Source: Actinomycetes bacterium
GTDB taxonomy: Bacteria; Actinomycetota; Acidimicrobiia; Acidimicrobiales; Bog-793
NCBI GenBank assembly: GCA_021796455.1
Contig: JAKACA010000003.1
Span: 1-49,880 of the forward strand
Length of the DNA: 49,880 nucleotides
Reading direction: 5' to 3'
Positions 1-8,862 of this stretch are shown in pieces. Position 1 is the first letter of the stretch. Each line of letters opens with the position of its first letter. Both the position numbers and the translations under genes were made by a program. The notes beneath the pieces are model-generated. The model made no database searches and was not told where the DNA came from. It saw only the letters and a program-made list of their open reading frames with translations.

Positions 1-48
1 GGCATCCGACATGACAAGATCAGTCTACGAGCGAGGTGTGACACTCAC

Positions 49-104
49 GGGGAAGGTCGGGGCTGCGCCCCGAGCCCCGATTCCCCTGACGGCTGAAGCC
101 GCCA
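49..104 (+). promoter_or_regulatory. Two adjacent stem-loops upstream of the MDMPI gene
   Basis: GGGGAA-(GG bulge)-TCGGGGCT (49-64) pairs with AGCCCCGA-TTCCCC (73-86), a 14-bp stem. A second imperfect hairpin TGACGGCT-GA-AGCCGCCA follows at 87-104. Function unknown. Confidence 0.35.
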
Positions 105-123
105 GTCCCCTCGGGGCGATCTG

Positions 124-924
124 ATGGAGCGCACGGATGCGATCGCCGTCATCAATCGAGAGGGAGAGCGCGTCCTCGAGCTTGCCAGGATGAGCAACGA
201 CGCTCTCGCCGCGCCGGTCCCGACCTGCCCAGGTTGGGATCTCGGGGACCTCGTCAAGCACCTTGGCAACGTCTACAACTGGGCCGGGACAGTCGTCGCC
301 GGCTGCCTCCAGGCACCTCCCGGCAAGGACATAGAGCGTAGGCCAGGGGGAATGAGCACCCCTGACTGGATGGCCGACAGGCTCGGCCGCCTGACAGCAA
401 CTCTGGCGGCGACACCAAGTGACGCGCTGATCTGGAACTTCGGGCCTGTCTCACCGTCACCGGTGGATTTCTGGTGCCGCCGGCAGCTCCACGAAACCGC
501 GATCCACCGCGTCGACGCCGAGCTCGCCGCCGGGGCCACCGTGACGGCACTCGAACCCGACCTGGCGGCCGACACAGTGGCCGAGCTGCTGATGCTCGCC
601 CGATACGCCGAGGTGCCTCCCGAGCGCGAGTTGGCGACCGAGCGCGAGTTGGCGGCCGAGCGCGCCGGCCGCACCAGCGCGGGCGCCAAAGAGCCTCTCC
701 CGGCGACTCTCCACCTCCATGCCGAAGATGTGGAGGGCGCCGAATGGACCATCGACACGGAGGCAAAGGCATACGCAAGATGCCACGCAAGAAGCGAGGT
801 CGCGATCAGAGGCAACGCCTGGGCGCTCGCTCGCTGGTGCTGGGGCCGCCCCGCCGATGGCGAGCTCGAGATCTTCGGAGACCCGGTCCAAGCTGATGCG
901 TGGCGGTCCAGCCTTGTGCAATGA
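124..924 (+). CDS. Maleylpyruvate isomerase family mycothiol-dependent enzyme (MDMPI/DinB-like fold)
   Basis: N-terminal APVPTCPGWDLGDLVKHLG and RRQLHETAIHRVDAE carry the metal-binding His pattern typical of MDMPI_N; C-terminal SCP2-like segment. Confidence 0.8.
   Translation: MERTDAIAVINREGERVLELARMSNDALAAPVPTCPGWDLGDLVKHLGNVYNWAGTVVAGCLQAPPGKDIERRPGGMSTPDWMADRLGRLTATLAATPSDALIWNFGPVSPSPVDFWCRRQLHETAIHRVDAELAAGATVTALEPDLAADTVAELLMLARYAEVPPERELATERELAAERAGRTSAGAKEPLPATLHLHAEDVEGAEWTIDTEAKAYARCHARSEVAIRGNAWALARWCWGRPADGELEIFGDPVQADAWRSSLVQ
620..664 (+). repeat. In-frame 18-bp tandem repeat x2.5 (ERELAT/ERELAA)
   Basis: ccgagcgcgagttggcga, ccgagcgcgagttggcgg, ccgagcgcg read directly. Confidence 0.85.
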
Positions 925-958
925 GCGATTGCGCGATCCAGGCTCCGAGGGAGGCTAG

Positions 959-3900
959 GTGGCCGACGGCACTCAGATCCAAGCCCGGCGCATAGAGCGG
1001 CTGCTCCGCGAGGTTCTGCCACCCCGGCTCTACCCGAAAACCGCGCCGCTCGAAATCGAAGCTCACTTCGTGCTCGGCGAGCCGATCGATGCCATCGAGG
1101 CCTACGAACGGAAATTCCACCCATTCCAGCTAGGTCAGCCGTGGGGAGGTGCCTGGTCGACTGCGTGGTTCCGCCTCACGGGCACAGTGCCAGAGGAGTG
1201 GGCCGGGGCCGAGGTCGTGGCCCGCATCGACCTCGGCTACAACGGCCAGGTCGGCTTCGGTGGCGAGGGACTCCTATGGGACGGGCAGCGCCCGCTGCAG
1301 GGCATCAACCCTCGGCACAACGAGGCAAAAGTCGCCTGCCCCGCTCGCGGCGGCGAGACGGTTCGGCTCCACCTCGAGGCGGCCGCCAACCCCTACGTCC
1401 CCTGGGGCGGCATGGCGTGGCCCCTCCTACTACCTGACTACGGCGGCACCCCCCTCTATACCCTGGACCGCGCCGAGCTCGCCGTGATCGACCGGGAGCT
1501 CGGGGCAGCGTGGACCGACCTTCGCCTCCTTTACGAGCTGGCCGACGCGCTCGGCCATGACGACCACAAGAGCGTCGAGATCCTGCGGACGCTCGACAAG
1601 GTGGCGCTCGCTATCGACCTGAGCGACCCGCGTAGCTCGCTCCTGTCCCAGCGTCACATCTGGGAGCCACTCCTCGCCAACCCCACGGCGCCGCGCTCTC
1701 ACCTCGTGACGGCCGTCGGCCACGCGCACATCGACTCGGCATGGCTCTGGCCAATTAGAGAAACCCGCCGCAAGTGCGCGCGCACGTTCTCCAGCGCGAT
1801 CCGCCTCATGGAGGAAGAGCCCGACTTCGTCTTCGTCTGCTCGCAGGCCCAGCAGCACGCGTGGATGAAGGACCACTACCCGACCCTGTTCGCGGAGATG
1901 AAGGAGAAAGTGGCCGCGGGACAGCTGGAGCCCGTCGGATCCATGTGGGTGGAGCCCGACACGAACCTGCCCTCCGGCGAGTCCCTCATCCGTCAGCTCG
2001 TCTTCGGCAAGCGGTTCTTCATCGAGAACTACGGGATCGAAACCGACGACTGCTGGCTCCCAGACGCCTTCGGCTACTCGGCGAACCTGCCACAGATACT
2101 GCGCGCAGCCGGGGTTCGTTTCTTCCTCACCCAGAAGCTCTCCTGGAACGAGATCGACCACTTCCCCCACCACAGCTTCTGGTGGGAGGGGATCGACGGC
2201 TCGCGGGTGCTCGCCCACTGCCCTCCGACAGATACCTACAACGGCGACTTCACTGTCGCCCAGCTGCTAGCGGGCCAGCGCGGCTTCGCGCAACACGGCA
2301 TCTCGAACCGGTCTCTTTATGCTTTCGGCTACGGAGACGGCGGGGGCGGGCCGACGCGCGCGATGCTCGACTCCTACCGGCGGCTCAGGGATCTCGATCC
2401 GCTACCGAGAGTGGAGCTCGGAACGGCGGGGGGTTTCTTTAGAGCTGTCGAGGCTAAAGCAGTCGAGGCGGACGCGGAGCTGGCAAGCTCACGACCCGGG
2501 ACGGTCGCGACCGCTCACGCCCCGGGACCAGGGGGGCTCCCCGTCTGGGTCGGCGAGCTCTACCTCGAGCGGCACAGGGCTGTGCAGACGACCCAGGCCC
2601 AGGTCAAGCTCGGCAATCGCCGGTGCGAGGCCCTCCTTCGAGAGGCCGAGATGTGGGCCGTTGCGGGCCTTCGCGAGGACTATCCCCATAGTGAGCTCGA
2701 CCACGCCTGGCGGCTGGTGCTTCTCCATCAGTTCCACGACATGCTCCCGGGCTCGAGCATCCACTGGGTACATGAGGAGTCGCGGGCCGCCTACGTCGCT
2801 GTCGCTGCCATGGCCCTCGACGTGATCGAGCGCGCCTGTGCGAACGTCGCCGCCGGTGTCGATGCCGGGGCAGGCGGGACCGGCGTCGTCGTGTTCAACG
2901 CCGCGTCACACGACCGTCGCGATCTCGTCGTCCTCGATCGCGCAGTTCTCGCCGCCACCGACCTCGAAGCGCGCGATCTCGTGTGCATGAAGCCACATGG
3001 GTCTGATCCGCTCGGCCCGGTGCAGGAGCTGGCCGACGGCAGCTTTGGTGTTGTCGCCTCTGTGCCAGGATGTGGTTGGGCGGGGTACGCCCTTGTGCCT
3101 GCCGGTGACCACGGGCACGCCCGCCGATACGCGACCGGATACGACGAGGCGTCAATCCTGGCGGAGCAGGACGGGTTTGTCCTCTCCAACGGGGTCATCA
3201 CGGCCCGGGTCGGGCTCGACGGCACCTTGTCCTCGCTCCTCGACCGCCGCACCGGTCGCCAGCTCATAGCGGAGGGCGCGACGGGCAACGTCTTCCAGTT
3301 GCACTACGACCTCCCCAACGACACAGATGCGTGGGATGTCGACCAGGGCAGCTTCGCACGGGCATCGGAGCTACGCGACGCCGAGTCGGCAGAGATCGTG
3401 GAATCCGGACCTGTCCGAGCGGCTCTGCGGGTGGTACACAGGTTCGGCTCGTCTCTCCTCACCCAGGAGATCAGGCTCGTCGCCGGATCGCAGAGGCTGG
3501 AGTTCGCCACCGAGGTGGAGTGGGCCGAGCGACACCGTTTCTTGAAAGTGGCCTTCCCGCTTGCCGTCCGCGCCCCTGCGGCGAGCTTCGAAGTCCAGTT
3601 CGGCTACGTCGCGCGACCGACCCACGCGAACACCTCTTGGGACGCGGCGCGCTTCGAGGTCCCCGCGCAGCGGTGGGCGGATCTGAGCGAGCCGGGATGC
3701 GGCATGGCGCTGATCAATGACTGCAAGTACGGCTACGACGTGCGCGGCTCGGTCATGCGCCTCTCGCTGCTGAGAGGGCCAACCTGGCCGGACCCCGAAG
3801 CCGACCAGGGCACTCACCGGTTCTCCTATGCCGTCATGCCGCACCTCGGCCTCACATCCTCGCTGCTGCAAGCCGGTTCGGTCACCGATGAGGCAGAGGC

Positions 3901-4258
3901 CTTCAACTTGCCACTTCGAGCCGTTCCGGTCACGCAACACCCCGCCCCGCATGGCAGTCCCTCGGAGGGCCGGCTCCTCGAGGTCAGGAGTGCCATGGTC
4001 TCTGCCCTCAAGCTCGCCGACGATGGCGGCGGAGTCGTCGTACGCGTCTTCGAGCCGGCAGGTGCCCACGCTCAGCTGTCGCTGCGCACCGGGAGCGCCC
4101 TCACGCCCTGCAGCGCGGCCGCGCTGACCGACGCCCTCGAGCGACCCAGCTCGGCGGTCGAGCTCGGCCCGGATGGGACTGTCGAGCGCGACCTTCGGCC
4201 GTTCGAGCTCCTGACAGTCGTGCTGCGAGGTGCCGCACCGCACCCCGAGCCCAGCTGA
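959..4258 (+). CDS. GH38 alpha-mannosidase, no signal peptide seen (probably cytoplasmic)
   Basis: HAHIDSAWLWP Zn-binding motif, WLPDAFGY nucleophile motif, QFHDMLPGSSI, RFEVPAQRWADLSE and DCKYG; GGAGG RBS before GTG. Confidence 0.93.
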   Translation: MADGTQIQARRIERLLREVLPPRLYPKTAPLEIEAHFVLGEPIDAIEAYERKFHPFQLGQPWGGAWSTAWFRLTGTVPEEWAGAEVVARIDLGYNGQVGFGGEGLLWDGQRPLQGINPRHNEAKVACPARGGETVRLHLEAAANPYVPWGGMAWPLLLPDYGGTPLYTLDRAELAVIDRELGAAWTDLRLLYELADALGHDDHKSVEILRTLDKVALAIDLSDPRSSLLSQRHIWEPLLANPTAPRSHLVTAVGHAHIDSAWLWPIRETRRKCARTFSSAIRLMEEEPDFVFVCSQAQQHAWMKDHYPTLFAEMKEKVAAGQLEPVGSMWVEPDTNLPSGESLIRQLVFGKRFFIENYGIETDDCWLPDAFGYSANLPQILRAAGVRFFLTQKLSWNEIDHFPHHSFWWEGIDGSRVLAHCPPTDTYNGDFTVAQLLAGQRGFAQHGISNRSLYAFGYGDGGGGPTRAMLDSYRRLRDLDPLPRVELGTAGGFFRAVEAKAVEADAELASSRPGTVATAHAPGPGGLPVWVGELYLERHRAVQTTQAQVKLGNRRCEALLREAEMWAVAGLREDYPHSELDHAWRLVLLHQFHDMLPGSSIHWVHEESRAAYVAVAAMALDVIERACANVAAGVDAGAGGTGVVVFNAASHDRRDLVVLDRAVLAATDLEARDLVCMKPHGSDPLGPVQELADGSFGVVASVPGCGWAGYALVPAGDHGHARRYATGYDEASILAEQDGFVLSNGVITARVGLDGTLSSLLDRRTGRQLIAEGATGNVFQLHYDLPNDTDAWDVDQGSFARASELRDAESAEIVESGPVRAALRVVHRFGSSLLTQEIRLVAGSQRLEFATEVEWAERHRFLKVAFPLAVRAPAASFEVQFGYVARPTHANTSWDAARFEVPAQRWADLSEPGCGMALINDCKYGYDVRGSVMRLSLLRGPTWPDPEADQGTHRFSYAVMPHLGLTSSLLQAGSVTDEAEAFNLPLRAVPVTQHPAPHGSPSEGRLLEVRSAMVSALKLADDGGGVVVRVFEPAGAHAQLSLRTGSALTPCSAAALTDALERPSSAVELGPDGTVERDLRPFELLTVVLRGAAPHPEPS

Positions 4259-4342
4259 TTGGTCGAGCCCAGCTGATTGGTCGAGCCCAGCTGATTGGTC
4301 GAGCCCAGCTGATTGGTCGAGCCCAGCTGATTGGTCGAGCCC
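4247..4342. repeat. Perfect 18-bp tandem array x5.3 (GAGCCCAGCTGATTGGTC) containing the GH38 stop codon
   Basis: Units at 4247, 4265, 4283, 4301 and 4319 plus GAGCCC at 4337; no spacers. Confidence 0.97.
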
Positions 4343-4360
4343 GGGCCGGGTGGCTCCGGA

Positions 4361-5629
4361 TCAGCCGCGAAGAGGACGTCGCTCAGACACACCGCCCGGC
4401 TCGACGACTACGAACGAGCTGTAGCCGGCGCTCTGCAGCGTCGCGAGCTGAACCTTGAGCTGGCCCCGACGGGAGACAAGTGTCGCCGAGTCTCCTTCGA
4501 GACGAACGCGCCTGGCCATCTCGAGGACCTCCCATCGTGGAACCTCGGCCGAGTGCAGGAGCGCCACGCCGAGATCGGGGGGCGCGAAACGGGCCATCTC
4601 GACCACGCGGTCGAAACCGATCGAGATCCCGCAGGCTGGCACCTTCTTCCCGAGCGACCGCCCGACGAGGTCGTCGTAGCGACCCCCGCCTGCTATCGCG
4701 CTCGGGGCGTCGGGGTGGGCGAGCTCGAAGATCTGCCCGGTGTAGTAGCCCATGCCACGAACGACAGTGGTGTCCAGGCAAGCCGTCAGAGCTCCAGGTG
4801 GTGCCGCCGCCCCGACTCGCGAGAGCGCGTCGAACGTCTCGCGCAGCTCTGTGAGCACGCTCTCGGCCATCCCCGGGAGGAGATCAGCTGCGCGCGCTAT
4901 GGCACCATCGGGCGAGCCGGCCCCGGAGATGAGCGAGACGATCTGCTCGCACCTGCCGCCGACGGCGCCGGAGTGGCCTTGCTCTACGAGCTCATCTCTC
5001 ACGCCGTTCCAGCCGATCTTGTCGAGCTTGTCGAGGATCACATAGAAGGCACGCAAGGCGCTCTCGCTCACCCCGACCTCTGCCGCGAGCGCCGCGAGAA
5101 GGCGCCGATCGTTGACGCGGACAGTCACGCCTTCGATCCCAATCGCGCCGAGCGCGGTGAGCGTGGCCTCGAGGAGCTCGGCCTCTGCCAGCACGCTCGG
5201 CTCGCCGACCGTGTCAATGTCGCACTGGGTGAACTGGCGGAACCGGCCCCGCTGGGGCCGCTCCGCCCGCCAGACTGGCCCTATCTGCATCGCACGAAAC
5301 GGCAGGGGGAGCTTGCCCGCGTTGTTCGCGTAAAAACGCGTCAGGGGGACCGTCAGGTCATAGCGAAGCCCGAGGTCGACCAGATCACCGAGAGCGATGC
5401 CGGCCGCGACAACAGGGTCGAGCCCCCTGCGCAGGATCTTGTAGATGAGCTTCTCGTTGTCGCCCCCCTCACCCCAGGAGAGGCGGCTTAGGTCCTCGAT
5501 GCAGGGCGTTTCGATGCGGCGGAAGCCGAAGCGGGCGTAGCTGCCCGCCAGCTCCGCCATTACCGCCTCCCTGCGCGCGACGGAGTCGGGAAGCAGGTCG
5601 CGGGTGCCGCGCGGCGGGCCGTTGTCCAT
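4361..5629 (-). CDS. hisS: Histidine--tRNA ligase
   Basis: PRGTRD, IETP, LRYDLTVP, motif 2 WRAERPQRGRFRQFTQCDID, RGMGYYTG, GGGRYD and motif 3 GISIGFDR. Confidence 0.9.
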   Translation of the reverse strand: MDNGPPRGTRDLLPDSVARREAVMAELAGSYARFGFRRIETPCIEDLSRLSWGEGGDNEKLIYKILRRGLDPVVAAGIALGDLVDLGLRYDLTVPLTRFYANNAGKLPLPFRAMQIGPVWRAERPQRGRFRQFTQCDIDTVGEPSVLAEAELLEATLTALGAIGIEGVTVRVNDRRLLAALAAEVGVSESALRAFYVILDKLDKIGWNGVRDELVEQGHSGAVGGRCEQIVSLISGAGSPDGAIARAADLLPGMAESVLTELRETFDALSRVGAAAPPGALTACLDTTVVRGMGYYTGQIFELAHPDAPSAIAGGGRYDDLVGRSLGKKVPACGISIGFDRVVEMARFAPPDLGVALLHSAEVPRWEVLEMARRVRLEGDSATLVSRRGQLKVQLATLQSAGYSSFVVVEPGGVSERRPLRG

Positions 5630-5674
5630 GAAAGCGTCGACTCCTGTTCGTGCTCGGGGACTTCGAAGCTAGCC

Positions 5675-6208
5675 TCAGGGAAGGGGCCATCCAGTCGGCG
5701 ACGGATCCCCGCTCGGCCAGCCCTTCGGGACGGCCGGCGTGGCCGCGAAGCTGGCAGCGTCACATGTCGAAGAAGCGCTCCGGGCTATCCAGAAGTAGTA
5801 GGTCCCCACCTGGGTCTGCCCCAGCACCGTCGTCCCTGGGCCTGTCACGTCGACAAGTCCGAGGCAGTCGCGCGACAGCTGGTTGTAGCCGGCGAGCACG
5901 GTGACCTGCCCCGCCGTGGAGCTCACGCTCAAGACGTTGTAGCTGGTCGAGGGCCCCACCGTCGTGGTGATCCCGGTGCCGGCCTGGTTCGCCGGTGCAC
6001 CGCTCTGCAGCGCTTGCTCGGCCGTCTGCAAGTTGGTCTCGACCACGGTGTCGCTGGCCTTGAGAGCGAGCAGCGGTCCGGTCGCAGCAGTGCTCAGGGC
6101 GTTGGACACACCGCAGGCAGCCGTGACCGCACAGAGTGTCGCCAGCAGCAGGCCGTTGCAGGTCGCACGGCCGAGCCACGTCTCTCGCGATCCTAAGAGA
6201 CCTGTCAT
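5675..6208 (-). CDS. Hypothetical lipoprotein
   Basis: Hydrophobic stretch ending in lipobox-like VTAAC; two further Cys in the mature part. ORF track starts at 6241, ATG at 6208 preferred. Confidence 0.6.
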   Translation of the reverse strand: MTGLLGSRETWLGRATCNGLLLATLCAVTAACGVSNALSTAATGPLLALKASDTVVETNLQTAEQALQSGAPANQAGTGITTTVGPSTSYNVLSVSSTAGQVTVLAGYNQLSRDCLGLVDVTGPGTTVLGQTQVGTYYFWIARSASSTCDAASFAATPAVPKGWPSGDPSPTGWPLP

Positions 6209-6246
6209 CTGCGCCCTCTTAGCCTTTCCCGTCGCTGCCACGAGTA

Positions 6247-6278
6247 GCCGGGGCCACCAGGACAGTGGTGGCCCCGGC
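6247..6278 (-). terminator. Perfect 13-bp hairpin directly downstream of tRNA-Gln
   Basis: GCCGGGGCCACCA-GGACAG-TGGTGGCCCCGGC; no U-tract, as is common for actinobacterial terminators. Confidence 0.7.
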
Positions 6279-6288
6279 GATCCGAGAG

Positions 6289-6360
6289 CTCGGGGGAGAG
6301 GACTCGAACCCCTAATGACAGGGCCAGAACCTGTTGTGTTGCCGATTACACCACCCCCGA
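6289..6360 (-). tRNA. tRNA-Gln (CTG), CCA not encoded
   Basis: Reverse complement folds as acceptor TCGGGGG/CCCCCGA (U1-A72), D-arm GTGT AATCGGCAACAC, anticodon arm ACAGG TT CTG GC CCTGT, T-arm AGGGG TTCGAGT CCTCT. Confidence 0.95.
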
Positions 6361-6427
6361 ATGGGCGTGCCGAATGCTAACAGTTGGACGACCGGCCCGG
6401 CGCGAGGCACCGCGTCGGATCGGGCGA

Positions 6428-7054
6428 TCAGGCGCCGATCCAACCGGTGTTCTTGTAGCCGATCACGTGTCCTAGAGCGATCGCCGCAGCCTGGTCCCAG
6501 ATGGTTGCGACATCCGCCCAGAAGCTGCCGCGTGGCGCCGGGACGGCCACCACCTGGGCGTTCAGGCCTTCGGAGCTCGCGACGTCCTCGAGCCACTTGG
6601 TCTGGAGCGGATCTGCGACAAGGATGACATGTCGGTTCCCCGCCGGACCGATGAGGCCGGCAACAAAGCCGAGCTGGGCCGGCACCTCTGACAGCGGAAC
6701 CCGTGTCACGTGCGTGATCCCGAAGGACCTGAGACACCTCTCCGATGCGGCAGCTTCGCTGGGGGCTCCCTGGGACGCGCTCGCTCCAGTCGTGATGACG
6801 GTACGGGCCCGGCCCGCCCGGTAGAGGGCGACGGCCTCCTCGCACCGTAGCTTCATGTCGCTCGAGAGCGGCCCGCGGCCGGTCGCACTGCCGATGACGA
6901 CTATGGCCGAGGCCTTGTCGGCCTGCGCCGGCGCGAGCGTGGACCGGGAGGCCACGACCACCTGCGCGGACGTGACCACTAGGTAGACGACGGCAGCAAA
7001 GACCGCGAGATACAGAAGACGCCGGAACCACCGGAACACCGTAAAGAAGAACAT
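6428..7054 (-). CDS. YdcF/DUF218 family membrane-anchored protein
   Basis: N-terminal TM helix; AIVVIGS, RCEEAVALY, VITTG and SEA motifs; GGAGG RBS 10 nt upstream. Confidence 0.75.
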   Translation of the reverse strand: MFFFTVFRWFRRLLYLAVFAAVVYLVVTSAQVVVASRSTLAPAQADKASAIVVIGSATGRGPLSSDMKLRCEEAVALYRAGRARTVITTGASASQGAPSEAAASERCLRSFGITHVTRVPLSEVPAQLGFVAGLIGPAGNRHVILVADPLQTKWLEDVASSEGLNAQVVAVPAPRGSFWADVATIWDQAAAIALGHVIGYKNTGWIGA

Positions 7055-7060
7055 CTGGAC

Positions 7061-8593
7061 TCATCCTCCTTTGCCGCTGCCAGATCCTGGTCCGCAAGCT
7101 TGTCCGGCGCCAGGCACCTGCATATTGGCTCGCAGCTGGTCCAGCGCGTGGGAAAGGCGTCGAAGCACCGCGTCGCGGCCCAGGACCTGGAGGGATTCAA
7201 AGAGAGGGAGGCCCACGGTGCTACCCATTGTTGCGACCCGGACAGGGGCCTGAGCCTTGCCAAGCTTGCGCCCGTGAGCAGCAGCCACCGCGGTGATCAC
7301 CTCTTTGATCTCCCCTGCCCGCCATCGGTCCCCCGGCAGCTCCTTTAGACCCGAAAGCGCCGCCGAAAGGATCGAGCCCGCTTCCTCGTCTTTCGCGACG
7401 GCCTTGTCCCACGAGCCACCGTCAATCGAGAGATCGCCGCCGCGGAGGAACTCGATATAGCCCGGCACCTCTCCAAGGACGCAGACGCGCTCGCGGACGA
7501 GCGGTGCGAGGGCAAGCCATTCCGGCGAGTCATAAACGGATGTACCCAGTTGGTCCTGAGCCTCATCGGCCCAGGTACGGCAACGGCTCGTGAACTCGGC
7601 ATCGCTCAGCTGGCGGATGTAGACGCCATTGAAATGCCTGAGCTTTTGCACGTCGAAGAAGGCCGGCGAGTGGTTCACGTCCTCGAGCCGGAAAGCCTCC
7701 ACGAGCTCGTCGCGCGTGAACAGCTCGCGGCCGTCGGGAAAGCTCCAGCCGAGCAGGGCGAGGTAGTTCCCGATCGCCTCCGGCAGGTAGCCCTCCGAGC
7801 GGTAATCCTCTATCGCGACCCGGTCGCGTCGCTTGGAGATCTTCTGTCGACGTTCGTTGACGAGCACTGGCAGGTGCGCGAACAGCGGGAGAGGCATCAC
7901 GACACCGTCGCGGTGCTCCTGCCCGAGAGAGTTCAGCGCTTCCCAGAGGAGCACCGCCTTGGGCGCAGTCGGAAGGTGCTCCTCTGCTCGGATGACGTGG
8001 CTTATGGCCATCTCTCGATCGTCGGTGACGACCGCGAGGACGAACAGGGCGTCCCCGTTGGACTTGGCTACGACGAAGTCCTCGATCGTGTGGTTCGCGA
8101 ACTCGACATCGCCCCGGATCACGTCGTGGACGACCGTGGTGCCGCCTTCAGGCACTGCGAAACGCAGCGCCCGTCCAGGCCCGCGACCCAAGCCCCGGTT
8201 GCGGCAGTGCCCGTCGTATCCGGGCGTTGCCTTGCCCTTGGTCCGCGCCTCCACGTGCTCCCTCGTGCAGTCGCAGGCATAGAGATACCCGCCGTCAAAG
8301 AGCAGGTCCAGGTTCGCCTGGTAAAAAGCGGACCGCTCCGATTGCCGGTAGGGACCTTCGTCCCAATTGATGCCCAGCCAGCTGAGAGCGTCGAGTATGC
8401 CCTGGTACTGCTCCTCTTGATGGCGCTCTCTATCGGTGTCCTCGATGCGCAGCACGAAGGTGCCATGCCCGCGGCGAGCGACACACCAGTTGTAGAGCGC
8501 CGTCCTCGCGGAGCCTACGTGGAAATATCCTGTCGGCGAGGGCGCCATGCGGACCCGAAGGGGCCGCGACGCGTGTGGATCTCCAGTGCTCAT
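7061..8593 (-). CDS. gltX: Glutamate--tRNA ligase (probably non-discriminating)
   Basis: RMAPSPTGYFHVG (HIGH), LRIEDTD, CDC...YDGHC Zn site, KISKR (KMSKS). ATG 8593 overlaps the ferredoxin stop (ATGA). Confidence 0.96.
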   Translation of the reverse strand: MSTGDPHASRPLRVRMAPSPTGYFHVGSARTALYNWCVARRGHGTFVLRIEDTDRERHQEEQYQGILDALSWLGINWDEGPYRQSERSAFYQANLDLLFDGGYLYACDCTREHVEARTKGKATPGYDGHCRNRGLGRGPGRALRFAVPEGGTTVVHDVIRGDVEFANHTIEDFVVAKSNGDALFVLAVVTDDREMAISHVIRAEEHLPTAPKAVLLWEALNSLGQEHRDGVVMPLPLFAHLPVLVNERRQKISKRRDRVAIEDYRSEGYLPEAIGNYLALLGWSFPDGRELFTRDELVEAFRLEDVNHSPAFFDVQKLRHFNGVYIRQLSDAEFTSRCRTWADEAQDQLGTSVYDSPEWLALAPLVRERVCVLGEVPGYIEFLRGGDLSIDGGSWDKAVAKDEEAGSILSAALSGLKELPGDRWRAGEIKEVITAVAAAHGRKLGKAQAPVRVATMGSTVGLPLFESLQVLGRDAVLRRLSHALDQLRANMQVPGAGQACGPGSGSGKGG

Positions 8594-8781
8594 CCCTCGA
8601 TCGAGATCGCTTGCTTCGGGCACGACCTCACGCACTCCATGACCTTGCCCCGCAGCTCCTCCGGTGGTTGATCGTTGAGCACGTAGAGGAAGTCGTCGTC
8701 GCGCACCTCGAACACCTCAGGGAGGATCCCCATGCATATAGCATTCGATTCGCACAGGTCGTAGTCGACCATTACTCGCAT
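8590..8781 (-). CDS. Small single-cluster ferredoxin ([3Fe-4S]-type)
   Basis: 63 aa; CESNAIC...PEVF...CPKQAI; AGGAGG RBS. Confidence 0.9.
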   Translation of the reverse strand: MRVMVDYDLCESNAICMGILPEVFEVRDDDFLYVLNDQPPEELRGKVMECVRSCPKQAISIEG

Positions 8782-8862
8782 GTAACGCCCTCCTGCTCAG
8801 GTGTGGGAGCACCGTGCCGGCTGCCGACCGGGCGCCGCTTCTGGTCTTCAGCCGGCACCATG

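Noticed and set aside
4247-4342. Possible CRISPR array
   Set aside because: The 18-bp units are head to tail with no spacers, too short for CRISPR repeats, and no cas genes are present.
4331-5491. Long antisense or alternate-frame ORFs (e.g. 4331-5491, 7550-8671, 13114-14379, 20348-21847, 29541-30635, 46025-47293)
   Set aside because: They overlap well-supported genes, lack recognisable motifs, and are expected shadows of stop-codon scarcity in high-GC DNA.
4361-5629. HisZ (ATP phosphoribosyltransferase regulatory subunit) instead of HisRS
   Set aside because: Motif 2, the RGxxYY histidine-binding loop, motif 3 and a C-terminal domain are retained, and no his biosynthesis genes are adjacent.
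5630-6360. Genomic island integrated at tRNA-Gln
   Set aside because: No integrase, no duplicated tRNA 3' end noticed, and housekeeping hisS follows after a single gene.
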